From: Guillardia theta CCMP2712
Lineage: Eukaryota; Protista; Cryptophyta
DNA length: 64,000 bases
Assembly: GCF_000315625.1 (NCBI RefSeq)
Contig: NW_005434551.1
Span: 32,324-96,323 of the forward strand
Direction of reading: 5' to 3'
The notes beneath the pieces are model-generated. The model searched no databases and was not told where the DNA came from. It saw only the letters and a list, made by a program, of their open reading frames with translations. Positions 27,826 to 39,800 of the stretch are shown piece after piece. A program made the position numbers and the translations under genes. Positions within the stretch are counted from its first letter, which is position 1; each line of letters starts with the position of its first letter.

Positions 27826-29139
27826 TCACCATGGGGAAAAGACCTTTTGCTGCTCATCGAAAAAGTAACAAAAAGGGTTGCTGGGCTTGGCACACTCGTC
27901 GCTATAGCTGCACACCCAGACCTCGAAATGGCCTCGAATCATAAGTTTGCCCAGCCCGCCTGACTTGAAGGTTTGGTTCATTGACACTTGTCCGTGGATG
28001 ATATCATTCCATGTGTAATTCATTTGACAGTTGATGTAAACTGGACGAATTGGTGTAAGTTCTTTGCCCTTCATCTCTTGCGATGCTTCATCTGGATTCA
28101 TTTCAGGGTCTTTCCAAATGGTAACTTGACCATCCATTATATTTGCCCAATCGTAATGACTTCCTGAAAAGTGAAACCCCCAACTTTGACCAGCATTCAA
28201 TGATAGAGTAATTTGACCGGAACTTTGAGTAATAGTCCGAACATTATTCGATACTGAACCTACAAAAATATGTGCATATCTTTCGGCATGATACCAAGAA
28301 TGGAATTGAGAAGAACTGTAGTTGAACGTTAAGCTTTCAGTTCGTGGTGAAATCGTTGTAAATGTCCATTGTCCATCACGAGGAGTTGTTCTATATTGAT
28401 ATCTTAATCGTAGCCCAGCTATTCCATTCACAGTAACAGCTTCTCTGAAGGCTGTGTTTGCTCTGTTTGTGGAATTGCTCCATGCAGACACTGAAAATGC
28501 ATAATCAAGACCTGTTGGTGTCATACTTGCGTCGAAGGAAGCAGCAGAGGCTTCTCGTATTGCAATTTTACTGTCGACTTTTGTCAAAAAGGCTGTAGTT
28601 GGAGTTTCAGTTGGATTGGAGATGGTAATTTCGTTGTCATCACAATGTTGTGCTTCGTTTAAGCACGATTCGAGGTTCACATCCCATCGAACAATTCCTG
28701 GCCAAGTCGGATCATAACACGACAGATTGTTGTCTCTCAGGTCTAAAGTGATGATTGAACTTGACAACTGTGTGAATACCTGGGAAGAGATGCAGGAAAT
28801 CTCGTTGTTGTTCAGGTAAAGAAATTGTAAGCTTGAAAGCGCGTCGAAGACTGGTGCAGGTAGACTCTCCAGTTTGTTGTTCTGAAGATATAGATCCTGC
28901 AAGCTCGAGAGCCCGTCGAAGGTCCCATTCTTCAAACTCCGAATACCCAAGTTTTCCAAGTGCAGAGGTTTCCGACCACCAGCATCAATTCCGCAGTCAC
29001 CCTGACAGGTACCCCCCCTCGTCAACAAACCCTCATGCGAGACATTAAACGTGCAACCTCCACAGCTCACACTGCTTTGCGCCTCAGCCTCCCCGACCCA
29101 GCCTCCCAGTACGATCCAAAGCGCGCACACAATCAGCAT
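27826..29139 (-). CDS. Secreted/surface leucine-rich-repeat protein with an AT-rich central domain
   Basis: Signal-like MLIVCALWIVLGGWVGEAEAQ, Cys-rich N-cap, extracellular-type LRRs (LQDLYLQNNKLESLPAPVFDALSSLQFLYLNNNEISCI) and a Cys-containing C-terminus. A possible final intron (GTGAGT at ~27829) may lead to a short exon ending ~27740. Confidence 0.8.
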   Translation of the reverse strand: MLIVCALWIVLGGWVGEAEAQSSVSCGGCTFNVSHEGLLTRGGTCQGDCGIDAGGRKPLHLENLGIRSLKNGTFDGLSSLQDLYLQNNKLESLPAPVFDALSSLQFLYLNNNEISCISSQVFTQLSSSIITLDLRDNNLSCYDPTWPGIVRWDVNLESCLNEAQHCDDNEITISNPTETPTTAFLTKVDSKIAIREASAASFDASMTPTGLDYAFSVSAWSNSTNRANTAFREAVTVNGIAGLRLRYQYRTTPRDGQWTFTTISPRTESLTFNYSSSQFHSWYHAERYAHIFVGSVSNNVRTITQSSGQITLSLNAGQSWGFHFSGSHYDWANIMDGQVTIWKDPEMNPDEASQEMKGKELTPIRPVYINCQMNYTWNDIIHGQVSMNQTFKSGGLGKLMIRGHFEVWVCSYSDECAKPSNPFCYFFDEQQKVFSPW

Positions 29140-29304
29140 GACAGCTGGACGAGCTGAGCGTGGAGGGATCTTATAAACCACCAGAATACCACCTACCCCC
29201 AGTACCCGTAGTCAGTAGTACGGTAGTCAGTACTACGGTAATACCGTACGGTCAGCAGTACTTGGCCTCCTTCAACCGCTGGAAGAGCCGCTGAACGGCT
29301 ACCG

Positions 29305-29391
29305 TGATTGTCCTCGTACTGATCATTATTGTCCTCGTACTGATTTTTAACTTAACTTTGAGTAAGGTAGGATCTTTAACTTAACTTTGAG
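29305..29391 (+). repeat. Short dispersed motif TGATTGTCCTCGTACTGAT-TTTAACTTAACTTTGAGTAA, with internal partial tandem duplications
   Basis: The same motif recurs at 45156-45207 and 62800-62840. Confidence 0.85.
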
Positions 29392-29469
29392 GGCAGCCGC
29401 CGAGCCGCCGGGCCGAACGGCATCTGCGTCGGCACCGCGAAGTTGGTCAGGTTTCTAGCCAGTGCGGCC

Positions 29470-29515
29470 TAGTTTAGTTTAGTTTAGTTTAGTTTAGTTT
29501 AGTTTAGTTTAGTTA
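29470..29515. repeat. (TTTAG)n pentamer microsatellite
   Basis: About 9 tandem units. Confidence 0.9.
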
Positions 29516-30089
29516 GAGAGTAGACTCAGTAGTAAATATAAAATCACTCAACTGTTCCTATCAAACTTGACAATCAGTTTGATTACAATCCTTTTTGACC
29601 AGCTACTGCAATGCAAGCGGAATGGCTTCAAAGGGCTGATGGCTCAGTGCCGTGCAGATCTGTTAGGCTCAACTGACACAGTTGAAGACATCATCACTGA
29701 GTCTGACAAGCGGGTGACACAGCACTGAAGACTGGGTGGCAGCCAAAGGCGTTCATGAGCTCTCAGTTCAGTTCCCCGAGCATGAAAGAGGACATAGCAT
29801 CATTGATGGTTGAAGTGTGAAGCGACAACTGCAAGTTTCAAAGGAGGATTGGTCAACCTCGCTAACAGCTCTGCAATCGATGATGCCTTGTCTGACTCTC
29901 AAAGATCGTTTACCCAGCGATCACAGGACGACAGGAACTGGTTGGCTTCGTTTCCTCCAGCGATCAAACTGTCTTTAGTCTCGGTCACTAGGCACCGAAG
30001 CAGCTGTCTGGGAACAACTTGTCGTATTGAGTCCCACCTCCACTCGAACAGTCTATACTCACCCCTTGCTCTCTGTGTGGGTGTTTGAG

Positions 30090-33000
30090 ATGTCTTTCAA
30101 GCACCGTTTATTTGCAGTCTTGTTGTATTCTATATTGTCGCTCGATTCTTTGCATCAAGTTTGTTCACAGCTGATAGTCGTTGACCCGCCAACCATCGCT
30201 AGTGTCACGGCAAGTCCTCCGACCAATGGCGTGTCTGGCGACTCTGTCTTCGCCAACGGGGACAGGATCACCGTTCAGTTTGACAAGGATACAGATCTTG
30301 GAGGTTTTACTTCCGCTACGATTCCGAAAGCTTCCGTCCTATCACTCTTCAGCTTCTCAGTGCCTTTGGGAGCTGATTACGAGGGAGTGTGGGAGACTGC
30401 TTCTAAGTTTGTTATCACAATCTTGGATTGGCCGGGATCAGGTGAAATTTCTTACCTCATTGACTTGAGGATTCGCTTACCTTCAGTCAGGACCCCCGGA
30501 GGTAGGAGAGCCGTCAGGCCTGGTTGTGACGTGCAGGACGGACGGAGGAAGGGCGATCCGCGTCGCGAGCCCAGCTCTGTCTGTAGCATGCACAAGCTCG
30601 TCCCCGAAGATGTTGGGCGACTTCGGCCCTGCTGTAGTCTCCTGCATCTCTCTCACGGCTCGAGGAAACCCTACAGGGCTGGGCGACAGCATTTACGGCA
30701 ACGGAGTTGCGTTGATCGCCAAGTTCAACAGGGAGACGAACTTGGCTGGCAGCAGCGCGATTGGGAGCGTGATGAGGATGGATAGGATAGCTCCTTTCCT
30801 CTCGACGTCTTCCTCCATCGGAAGGAACTACACAGCAAAGTTCACTGATCGCTTCACTCTTGAGATCAACGTGGTAGACGCGACCGGAGGCTTTGCAGAG
30901 GTTGATGTCTTCACCGTGCGCTTCATCGCAGATCAAAGGTACGGGGTGAGAAACTTTCCTGCAGCCTGTGCGCCACTGGCAACATCCTCCCCTACCCTTT
31001 CTGGGAACTTTGGTCCCTCCAACGTATACATCCTGGTAAGCACATTTTGCCTTGCAGTTGTCATCACCATCACCTCTCTACACTCTAGCTTGAGTCTGCA
31101 ATGAGGTCTTGCCCTTCACCTCCCTCCTCTCTTTGCTCTTTTCACGACCGTGACATTGCCGTAGTCGATGCTTGCTTCAGATCCCGACAACGCAGACGTC
31201 ATCTACTCCATGGGCGATATCATCACCATCACTTTCAACCGCGACACCAACATGGCCGGCTTTGCCTCCGGCGTTCTCCTCCCCCAAGATCGTGTAGAGA
31301 CTATCTTCAACTTCTCCCAGTCTCTCGGATCGTACCAAGGCATCTGGATCTCCCGCAATGTCTTCAGAATCACCGTTCTCAACACGACCTTCTCCTCGCC
31401 CCCCAAGATCGGTGTCATGACCGCAACCGTCAAACTCTCCGCAAACCTCCGCAACTTCCCTCCGACTGCTGCCCCCAGCACGGCGACTGCGATCCTGGGA
31501 GGCAACTTCGGCCTCATCGTTCCTCGCATCCTCGCACTGACTGCCTCCGACCCGAATGCTCGAGATTCAGTGTACGCAGCTGGGGACCACGTCACTTTGA
31601 CCTTCGACCTGGCGACGAACCGAGCAGGAAGGGGAAGTGCGACGTTGAGTCGAGTGCAGGTCGACTCTCTCTTCATCTTTTCCCTCCCGCTAGGACGAGA
31701 CTACCAGGGCACCTTTGCTGACGACAAAACTTTCGTCGTCACCGTCCTCGACGTCAACGGCAGCACGCAGCCCCTGCTAGGAAAGTTGACTGTGACGTGC
31801 AGAAACAACCAGTCGAACCCGAGCTCTCTCATCCGCCTCGCGGACAACTCGGAAGGAGCTTGTTTCCAAGAATCTCCCCTCCTGCAAGGCGACTTCGGCC
31901 CCTCCAATATCTCCTTCCTCGTTCAAGCACAGGCGTGGGCCAACAAGACGATTCTCGGGCTCGACTCCGTGTACATGCCAGGGGATCAGATCATCGTTTC
32001 CTTTAGCGAGGTGAGAACATTGTGAGGGAGGACACTGAGAGGAGGAGGGAAGTGTAGATGCCTTGCTGTTGCTCCGTCACTCTATGATCCTTCTCCTTCT
32101 GAATCCTCTCGTTCACACCAGGACACCAACACAGGAGGGTTGCCGCTGGATACTTGGATCTACACGTCAGACCTCAACAGGATGCTCTTCCTTTCAAGGA
32201 GCATCGGGCAGGACTACAAGGCCATGTGGACGACGAGGAGACGATTCATCATCACCATCGTCTCCGTCACAGGAGCGCAGTATCCTCTCCCTGACTTCCT
32301 CAAGATCGGCTTCACAAACTTCTCCGATATCCGCAACTATCCTCCTCAGTGTGCTCCTCTAACCGCAAGCACTTCCGTCATTCTTCGAGGTGACTTTGGA
32401 CCCTCCACCATCACCGTCGTCAGCGTCGTGGCCAAAGACCCGACCGATGCTTCGTCTCTCTACACCAACGGTTCGAATCTCGTGCTATATGACTTCCTTC
32501 CGCGTCCTCGGCAGCAATTCTCTTGTTTTGTTGTGTGTTGAACCTTGAATCTTCTCATTTGGTTCCTATGCTCTCCTGCATTGTTCTCATTCACCATAGC
32601 ACTCCTGCTCTTCTCCTCCAACCCTTGCACCTGAACCTGTTCTCCAGGGGATACCATCATCATCACTTTCAACCAAGACACCAACTACGCTGGTCTGGCT
32701 GGAGTTGCGATGACAAGGGCGCAGGTGGACAACCTTTTCAGCTTCTCTCTTCTCCTGGGGTTGGACTACCGGGCCTCCTGGAACGATGCTCGCTCCCTCA
32801 CCATCTTCATCTCTGACGCCACAGGAAGCTCTCCTCCGACTATCGGTGACATGTACGTCTCCGTCAAGGCTCAGGGGAACCTCCGGAATGCCCAGGGCTC
32901 CTCTGCTCCCCTTGATCGCTCCTTCCCGGACGTCAGGTGGGGACAAGAGGAGAGTTGTTGCGCTCCCTCCTGCTGACGTGGAGAAGGCTGTCAGGAGACT

Positions 33001-36000
33001 TCGGGCCCTCGAACATCCTCATCATCTCGTTCAGAGTGGAGGATCCTTACAACTTAGATGAGGGTGAGAAGACCTGTCCTCTTGCTCCCTGCTCCCTGCT
33101 CCCTGCTCCCTGCTCCCTGCTCCCTGCTCCCTGCTCCTGCTTCCTCCCACTTCTACTCCACTTGTTTCTCAACCTCGTCTTCTCCTCCCTCCTCTCCTCA
33201 CATCCGCCGCAGTCTACGGAGTTGGGGACACGTTCTACATCACCTTCTCGAGAAAGACAAATCAAGGAAATCTCCCAACTTCGCTGAACAAAACTCAGAT
33301 CGACGCGTTCCTTTCCTTCTCAAACTCCATCGGCGCCAACTACTCAGGGGAGTGGCAGCAAGACAGCAGCGTCGTCAAGATCACCATCCTCAACATCTCC
33401 GGAGCTCAGCTTAAGATAGGAACTACTCGCGTCTCCGTCCTCCCCAGCGGGAACATCCGCAACTTCCCTCCTACCTGCAGAGCCAGCTCGGCTACTTCTC
33501 CTCCTCTCTCTGGAAACTTTGGGCAGACTATCCCCTACATCACTGTGGTGAGGGGGCAGGATCCGACGGGTATCGACGAGGTGTACGGTTTCCTGGATAT
33601 GATTATATTACGTTTCTCGGAGCCAACCAACCAGGCCGGATACACGACCAACAGCAGGATAACTAACGAAGTTATCCTTTCAATGTTCGACTTTTCGCAG
33701 AACTTGGGCTCTGTCTTCGGTTCCTGGGACTCCAGTACTCAGCTCACACTGACCGTCGAGAGCATCGCCGGCGCCTCTCCTCCCTCCATCGGAGATCTGA
33801 CGGTCCGCTGCAAGGGACCCTTCCAGCCTCCTTTCTCTCCTCCGTCCGGCCTCGTGCTCGACTCCACCTACGTGCCCATCACGAAGCTGACGGGGTCGAA
33901 ACCTTGCTTCCGTTACTCTCCTCCTCTCACTGGCGACTTTGGGCCCTCCCTCATGGTCATTACCTCCCTGTTCGGGTCAAGCTCGGTCCCACCTGACACC
34001 TACTTCGGACCCAACGATCGCATCCAAGTCACCTTTAGCGAGAGCACAAACTTGGGAGGTGAGATGAAAGTATGCGGGGGAGAAGAGGGAGGGAGAAAAC
34101 GAAGACATGGCGAGAAAAGAGCGGAGGAGGAAGCAAAGGTGTCTCAGACAGCAGAGTTGAGGAGGAAGTTGAAAGTGAAGGAGGAAGAGAAAGGAAGTAG
34201 AGTAGAGGAGGGAGTGTAGGAGGTTGAAGGAGGAGAAAGAAGAGCACGGAGGAAAACTGACGTGCTCGACAGGCTACAGCATAGGAAGCACGCTCTCAAA
34301 GCAGCAAGTGGATACCATTTTCATCTTTTCTTGCCCAATAGGAGCAGACTACCAGGGGTCATGGAGCGACAGGCAAACGTTCGTCATCAACATGATAAAC
34401 ACACAAGGGGCCTGCGATCCTATCATCGGCCAGTTCTCCCTCAAGGTCAACGCCTCCGGAAACATCCGCAACTTCCCGCCGCAGTCCGCCCCCAACACCG
34501 CCACCTCTCCTCCTCTCCAGGGAGACTTTGGACCCTCTCCTCTCACCATCCTCGCGGTAGTTGCTGAGCGATCTGCCGTCCTCGACGACACCTACAGCAA
34601 CGGCGATACCCTCACCTTCCTCCTCAGTCACAACACAGACCAGGCAGGGCTGCCGCAGCTCGTGAGCCAGTACGAGCTGGGAAGGCTCTTCTCCTTCAAC
34701 CTCTCCCTCGGTCTCTTCTACTACGGCCTCTGGGTTGACACCAAGACTCTCCGCATCGTAGTGCAGGATGCTACTGGCGCCGCTCCTCCCTCTCTCGGCT
34801 GCTCTCCTACCGCTCTTGCATGTGTAGGAGAGCAGAACACGTTCATCGGATCCTTCAAGGCATCAGGGAACCTGCGTAGCATGCCCAAGATCACTGCTCC
34901 TGTGGTTGCCAGCACCCCAAAACTCAATGGCTCCTTTGGCGTTTCCCTACTGACCATCAGCTCCGTCTCGGCGATTGCCGGAGATCAGAACGGGCAGTTC
35001 ACCTCCTCGGACAAGATTGAGATCCTATTCGACCGCCCAACCAACAAGGGCTTCCTCCCGGACAACTGCACACAAGAGCTGATCGACAACCTCTTCTCCT
35101 TCAGCGTTCCCATCGGCAGGGCGTACTCCGGGCTCTGGCTCACCCGCTCCCTGCTCCGCCTCATCATCCTCGACCCCCTCGGCAGTGGCCCCCCACCATC
35201 GGAAACTTCCGGGTCACGGTGAAGAAGTCAGGGAACCTTATGGAGTTTCCTCCAGTTACCTCCCCCTCACTCGTTACCTCTCCTACTCTCATTGGTAACT
35301 TCGGACCTGCCGGCATCACCATCAACAGCCTGCGGGCATTCGATCCCACCAACGCCAACTCCGTCTACTCCAACTCGGACGCCATCGAGATCCTGTTCTC
35401 CGCTGACACCGACAGAGGTCAGCTGTTCTCGACCTGGAGCAAGCTTCGCATCGACCAGACCATGCAGTTCTCGCAGTCTCTCGGCGCCAACTACAGCGGG
35501 CAGTGGATGAACTCCAGGTAGGAGGCAGCGACCAGCCTGCTGCTCTTGCTCCCTCCCTCCCTCCTGCTGCTCTTCCTTCCTCCCTCCCTCCTGCTGCTCT
35601 TGCTCCCTCCCCTCCCTTCTGCTGCTCTTGCTCCCTCCCTCCCTCCTGCTGCTCTTCCTTCCTCCCTCCCTCCTGCTGCTCTTGCTTCCTCCCCTCCTCC
35701 TGCTGCTCTTGCTTCCTCCCCTCCCTCCTGCTGCTCTTGCTCCCTCCCTCCCTCCCTCCTGCTGCTCTTGCTTCCTCCCCTCCCTTCTGCTGCTCTTGCT
35801 CCCTCCCCTCCATTCTGCTTCTGCTCCTCTTGCTCCCGCCACTCCCATCTCCTCTCTACCTCTTTTTGATATGGCCTTTCCTGTCCTCATTGTNNNNNNN
35901 NNNNNNNNNNNNNNNNNNNNNNNNNNNNNNNNNNNNNNNNNNNNNNNNNNNNNNNNNNNNNNNNNNNNNNNNNNNNNNNNNNNNNNNNNNNNNTCCTCTC

Positions 36001-36818
36001 CTCTCCTCTCCTCTCCTCTCCTCTCCTCTCTGCTCCCGTTTTCTTCTCAGTTCCTTTCTCATACACTTTCCCAACTCCTCCTATCCTTCATCCCTCCTCT
36101 TCTCTTCCCCTCCCACTTCCTGTGACTCTTCTCAAGGATTTTTCGTATCACCATCCTCGATGCTCGAGGAGCGGCTCCTCCGGTCCTCGACATCCTGACC
36201 GTCCGAGTTCGCCCCTGCGTCTCCTACAACGTCATCTCAGGATACTGCGAGGAGAACTTCGACTACTGCGCGCAATGCGCCTGCTGCCTCGGAGATATCA
36301 GAACATCGCCGCGCACCAGCGCTCCTATCGTTGCCTCATCGCCGACTCTTATCGGAGACTTTGGGCCCTGTGCTATCTACATCATCAACATCACAGCGTT
36401 CGATCCCGGCCAGGACGACAGCATCCTCAATGAAGGAGACGCGATCATGGTGTTCTTCTCCGAGACGACCGACCGAGCATGTGGCAAGCTCTACAAGAAC
36501 TCGACCTGTCTCGACCGACGCATGTCAAAGTCTCAAGTTGACGCGTTCCTCTCCTTCTCGCAGACCATCGGCCTTGACTACGAGGCTGTGTGGGTAGACG
36601 GGAGCAGGCTACGGATCAACGTCCTCAACGCTACAGGAGGAGTTGCCGTCCCTTCCCGCCTTGTCATCTCTATCCCTGCCTCCTCCAACCTCAGGAATTA
36701 TCCTCCCAACTGCCTCCCCCGCAATGTCAGTAGCCTTCGTCCTCCCCGCCTTTCCTCCTTCCTCCTCCTTCCTCCTCCTCCTCCCCCTCCTCCTCCTCCT
36801 CCTCCTCCCCTTGCTTCT

Positions 36819-36856
<38 letters not shown>

Positions 36857-39800
36857 TACCCTCTCCTCCTCCCTTCGATCATCCTCGTCGCTGATCTCCT
36901 TCCCACAGATAGATTCTCCGACGCTGCGGGGGAATTGGGGCCAGCCAGCACCATTCATCCTCAACTTTACAGCAGCAAGTGGCGGCAACGACTCTGTCTA
37001 CGGCAACGAGGACAAACTCATCATCGACCTGTGCGTTCCCATCCGTCGTTACGTTTGTGCAGGAACCAATCAATTCCAGTTGCCCCTGGGGGTACCTCTC
37101 CCCAAGAGCACAGTCCTGAAGATGTTCTCCTTCTCTCAGGAGCTGGGAACAGACTTTCAAGGGCAGTGGGAGACTGACAGGCGTTTCGTTGTCACTGTGC
37201 TGAACTCCTCCCAGTCGCTTCCTCCCCAAGTCTACCAACTGACCGTCTCCGTGCTACATGAAGGAAGCTGCACCTGCGACGATAGCCTGTGTACCTCCTA
37301 CACCTGCGGAGCCAGCGGTTTCTTCCTCCGTGATACGGCCCAGAAATCGATCTTCTCGTCCTCAGTATCGAGGGGGATAAGGGGGGGCTGGGGAAACAAC
37401 TCCTTGAGAATCATTGACCTTGAAGCAAGGGACGCCTCTGGCAACAACATGCAGCTCGAACCGTACAAGTCTTATCAGGCAGGAGACACGATCACCGTTA
37501 CCTTCAGCGGGCCAACGAACTATGGGTGATACTACCTCCTCTCCTCTTCTTCATATCCCTTCCTTACTCTATGTTTCCCTTCCTCCTTGTATCCCCTCCT
37601 TCCTTTTCCTCTGTACCTCTCCTCCCCCTGACCCCTTTCACCACAGGAGGGGCCCCCCAGGCTGCGTACTCGATCAGGAGCCATGGCCAGGAGAGCAGCA
37701 AACGGCAAACTTTACCTGCAGCACAAACTCTCCCTCTTTCCTCTCCAGAGACGATCTGCTCGGTCTCTTCACGTTCTCCCAGTCACTAGGGGCGAATTTC
37801 TCCGGCCGATGGCTCTCCCGCTCCATTCTCATCATCACCGTCCACAACGTCTCCCTTGCTTCCCCCCCGGGGATCGGCCGCCTCTTCCTCCTCACCAAGG
37901 CAGCTGGCGACCTCCGCAACTTCCCGGTCGCCTCCTTCCCAGCTGAGATCTCCTCTCCTCCTCTTCGAGGGGCGTTCGGCCCTTCCTCCGTCCGAATCGT
38001 TCGAATGCTCGCGCGAGATCCCACCAATAAGGACGAGCTGTACAGCTCGGTAAGAAGACATCAAAATACCATACACTCCTCTCCTCTTTTCCCCTCCTTC
38101 ACTTCTCCCAACCTCCACTCCTCCACTCCTCCTCTCCCCCTCTCCTCCTCTCCTCTCCTCGTCTCCCTTCCTCTCCTCCCCTTCCAACCGCCTCGCTCTT
38201 CAGCACTGACGCTGATGGCAGGGAGATAGGATCGTCCTCACCTTCAACCAACCGCTCAACGTCCAGGTGGGCTCCATGCTGAGCAAGGAGGAGGTGGACG
38301 CTTCCTTCCTCTTCTCCCAGCGCCTCGGAGCGAACTACCGGGCAAACTGGTCCTCCTCCTCCGAGCTCAGCGTCGAGGTCCTCGACGCTACAGGCGCCAG
38401 CCCTCCTGTCCTCTCCGCAGCCTACACACCCGACGGAGCTCTGCTCTACCCCAAGAGGGCTGCGAGTGGCTTCCAGGTGCAGTGGACGGAGAATTGCGAC
38501 TCGGTGATGTGTCCAGCTGCCTCAGTGCTCAGGTACCAGAACTTCCAAGAGGAGCTAGCAGCAGAGGAGAGGTTGAACCGTCTCAAGTTTCTCGAGCTCC
38601 AGCCCAGCAGCTACTACTCCGACGTTCTCCCATGCAGCTACAGGCCGCAAACTCAGACCAACGTCTCTCAGATCTCGCTCTCCTTCGCAGGAGTTGACAT
38701 CTTCAACATCTTTTGGGTGGCCCTCTCCTCCTCCTCCAACCTGAGAGATCAGAGTCAGACTGAGGTCCCTTCAACCTTTGCCAGCATCTCCGGAAACGCC
38801 TCCGGCCTCGTTGGCAAGCCCATCCTCCTCCAAGACGTCCTCGTCCCCCTCACTGGCGACTTCGGACAGTCCAGGATGACAATCTCCCAGCTCCGCATCG
38901 GCAGCTTCGACAACCTCGATGACGTCTACGGAGCTGGTGATCATATCACCGTAACTTTCTCAGAGGATACAAACCTTGCTCACCTAGACGCGATAGACAT
39001 CCCTCGGGAGCAGGTGAACGCACTTCTCCGCTGTGAGACGGAGCCAGTCTTGGAGCAAGTGTCCATCCCTGCAAGGTTCTGCAGAACCATCGCTGTTGTC
39101 AACCCTGGAAGTCAGCAGAGCAGCAAGCTGGGGATGTACCAGATGCAGACCAGCACGCTGGATGGGATGCCATACTACAAGCAGCAGGGAGGATCGAACT
39201 ACATCTTCTCCTACTGCAACCTGAAGCACAGGATCGATGTCTCCTGCCCCCGGTGGCATATCGGAGCAAGAGTCGGCTCTGTCGCCGCCGGCCTTTACGC
39301 CAGCTCCTCCTCGACGACCCTCGACGCCTCCACCATACCCGCTGGTGCATGGAGAGAGTGGAACGGCACAGACTGGGTCACATCGAGAGTTCAAGTCCTC
39401 TGCAACGATGATGGGAGTGTTGCCATCAACTCCTCCTCCTCCTCCTCCTCCTCCTCCTCCTCGTCCTACGTCGATGTTGACTCCATTGCTGCTTCCTGCG
39501 ACTGGCTTGGCTCCAACTACAGCGGCAGGTGGCTGAGCCGCAGCCAGCTGGTAATCACGGTTTTGAACGCGACGGGAGTGAACGGAGGGTACGACAAGAC
39601 TGCCGCTCTCTCGTGCACTCCCCGTCCTGCCTGCGCAGTCAAGTCCATCAATTCTCCTCAGCTCGGAGCGTTCTACGTCTCCGTCAAGGCAAGCTCCTAC
39701 CTCCGCAACTTCCCTCCGACGTCCGGGCCGGTGGGGGAGACTGTGTATGTTTCGTCCCCGAAGCTGGTGGGAGATTACGGCCTTCTCTTCCCTCAGATCA

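Noticed and set aside
29470-29515. (TTTAG)n as an interstitial telomere
   Set aside because: Lacks the G-run of telomeric repeats. It is a short ordinary microsatellite.
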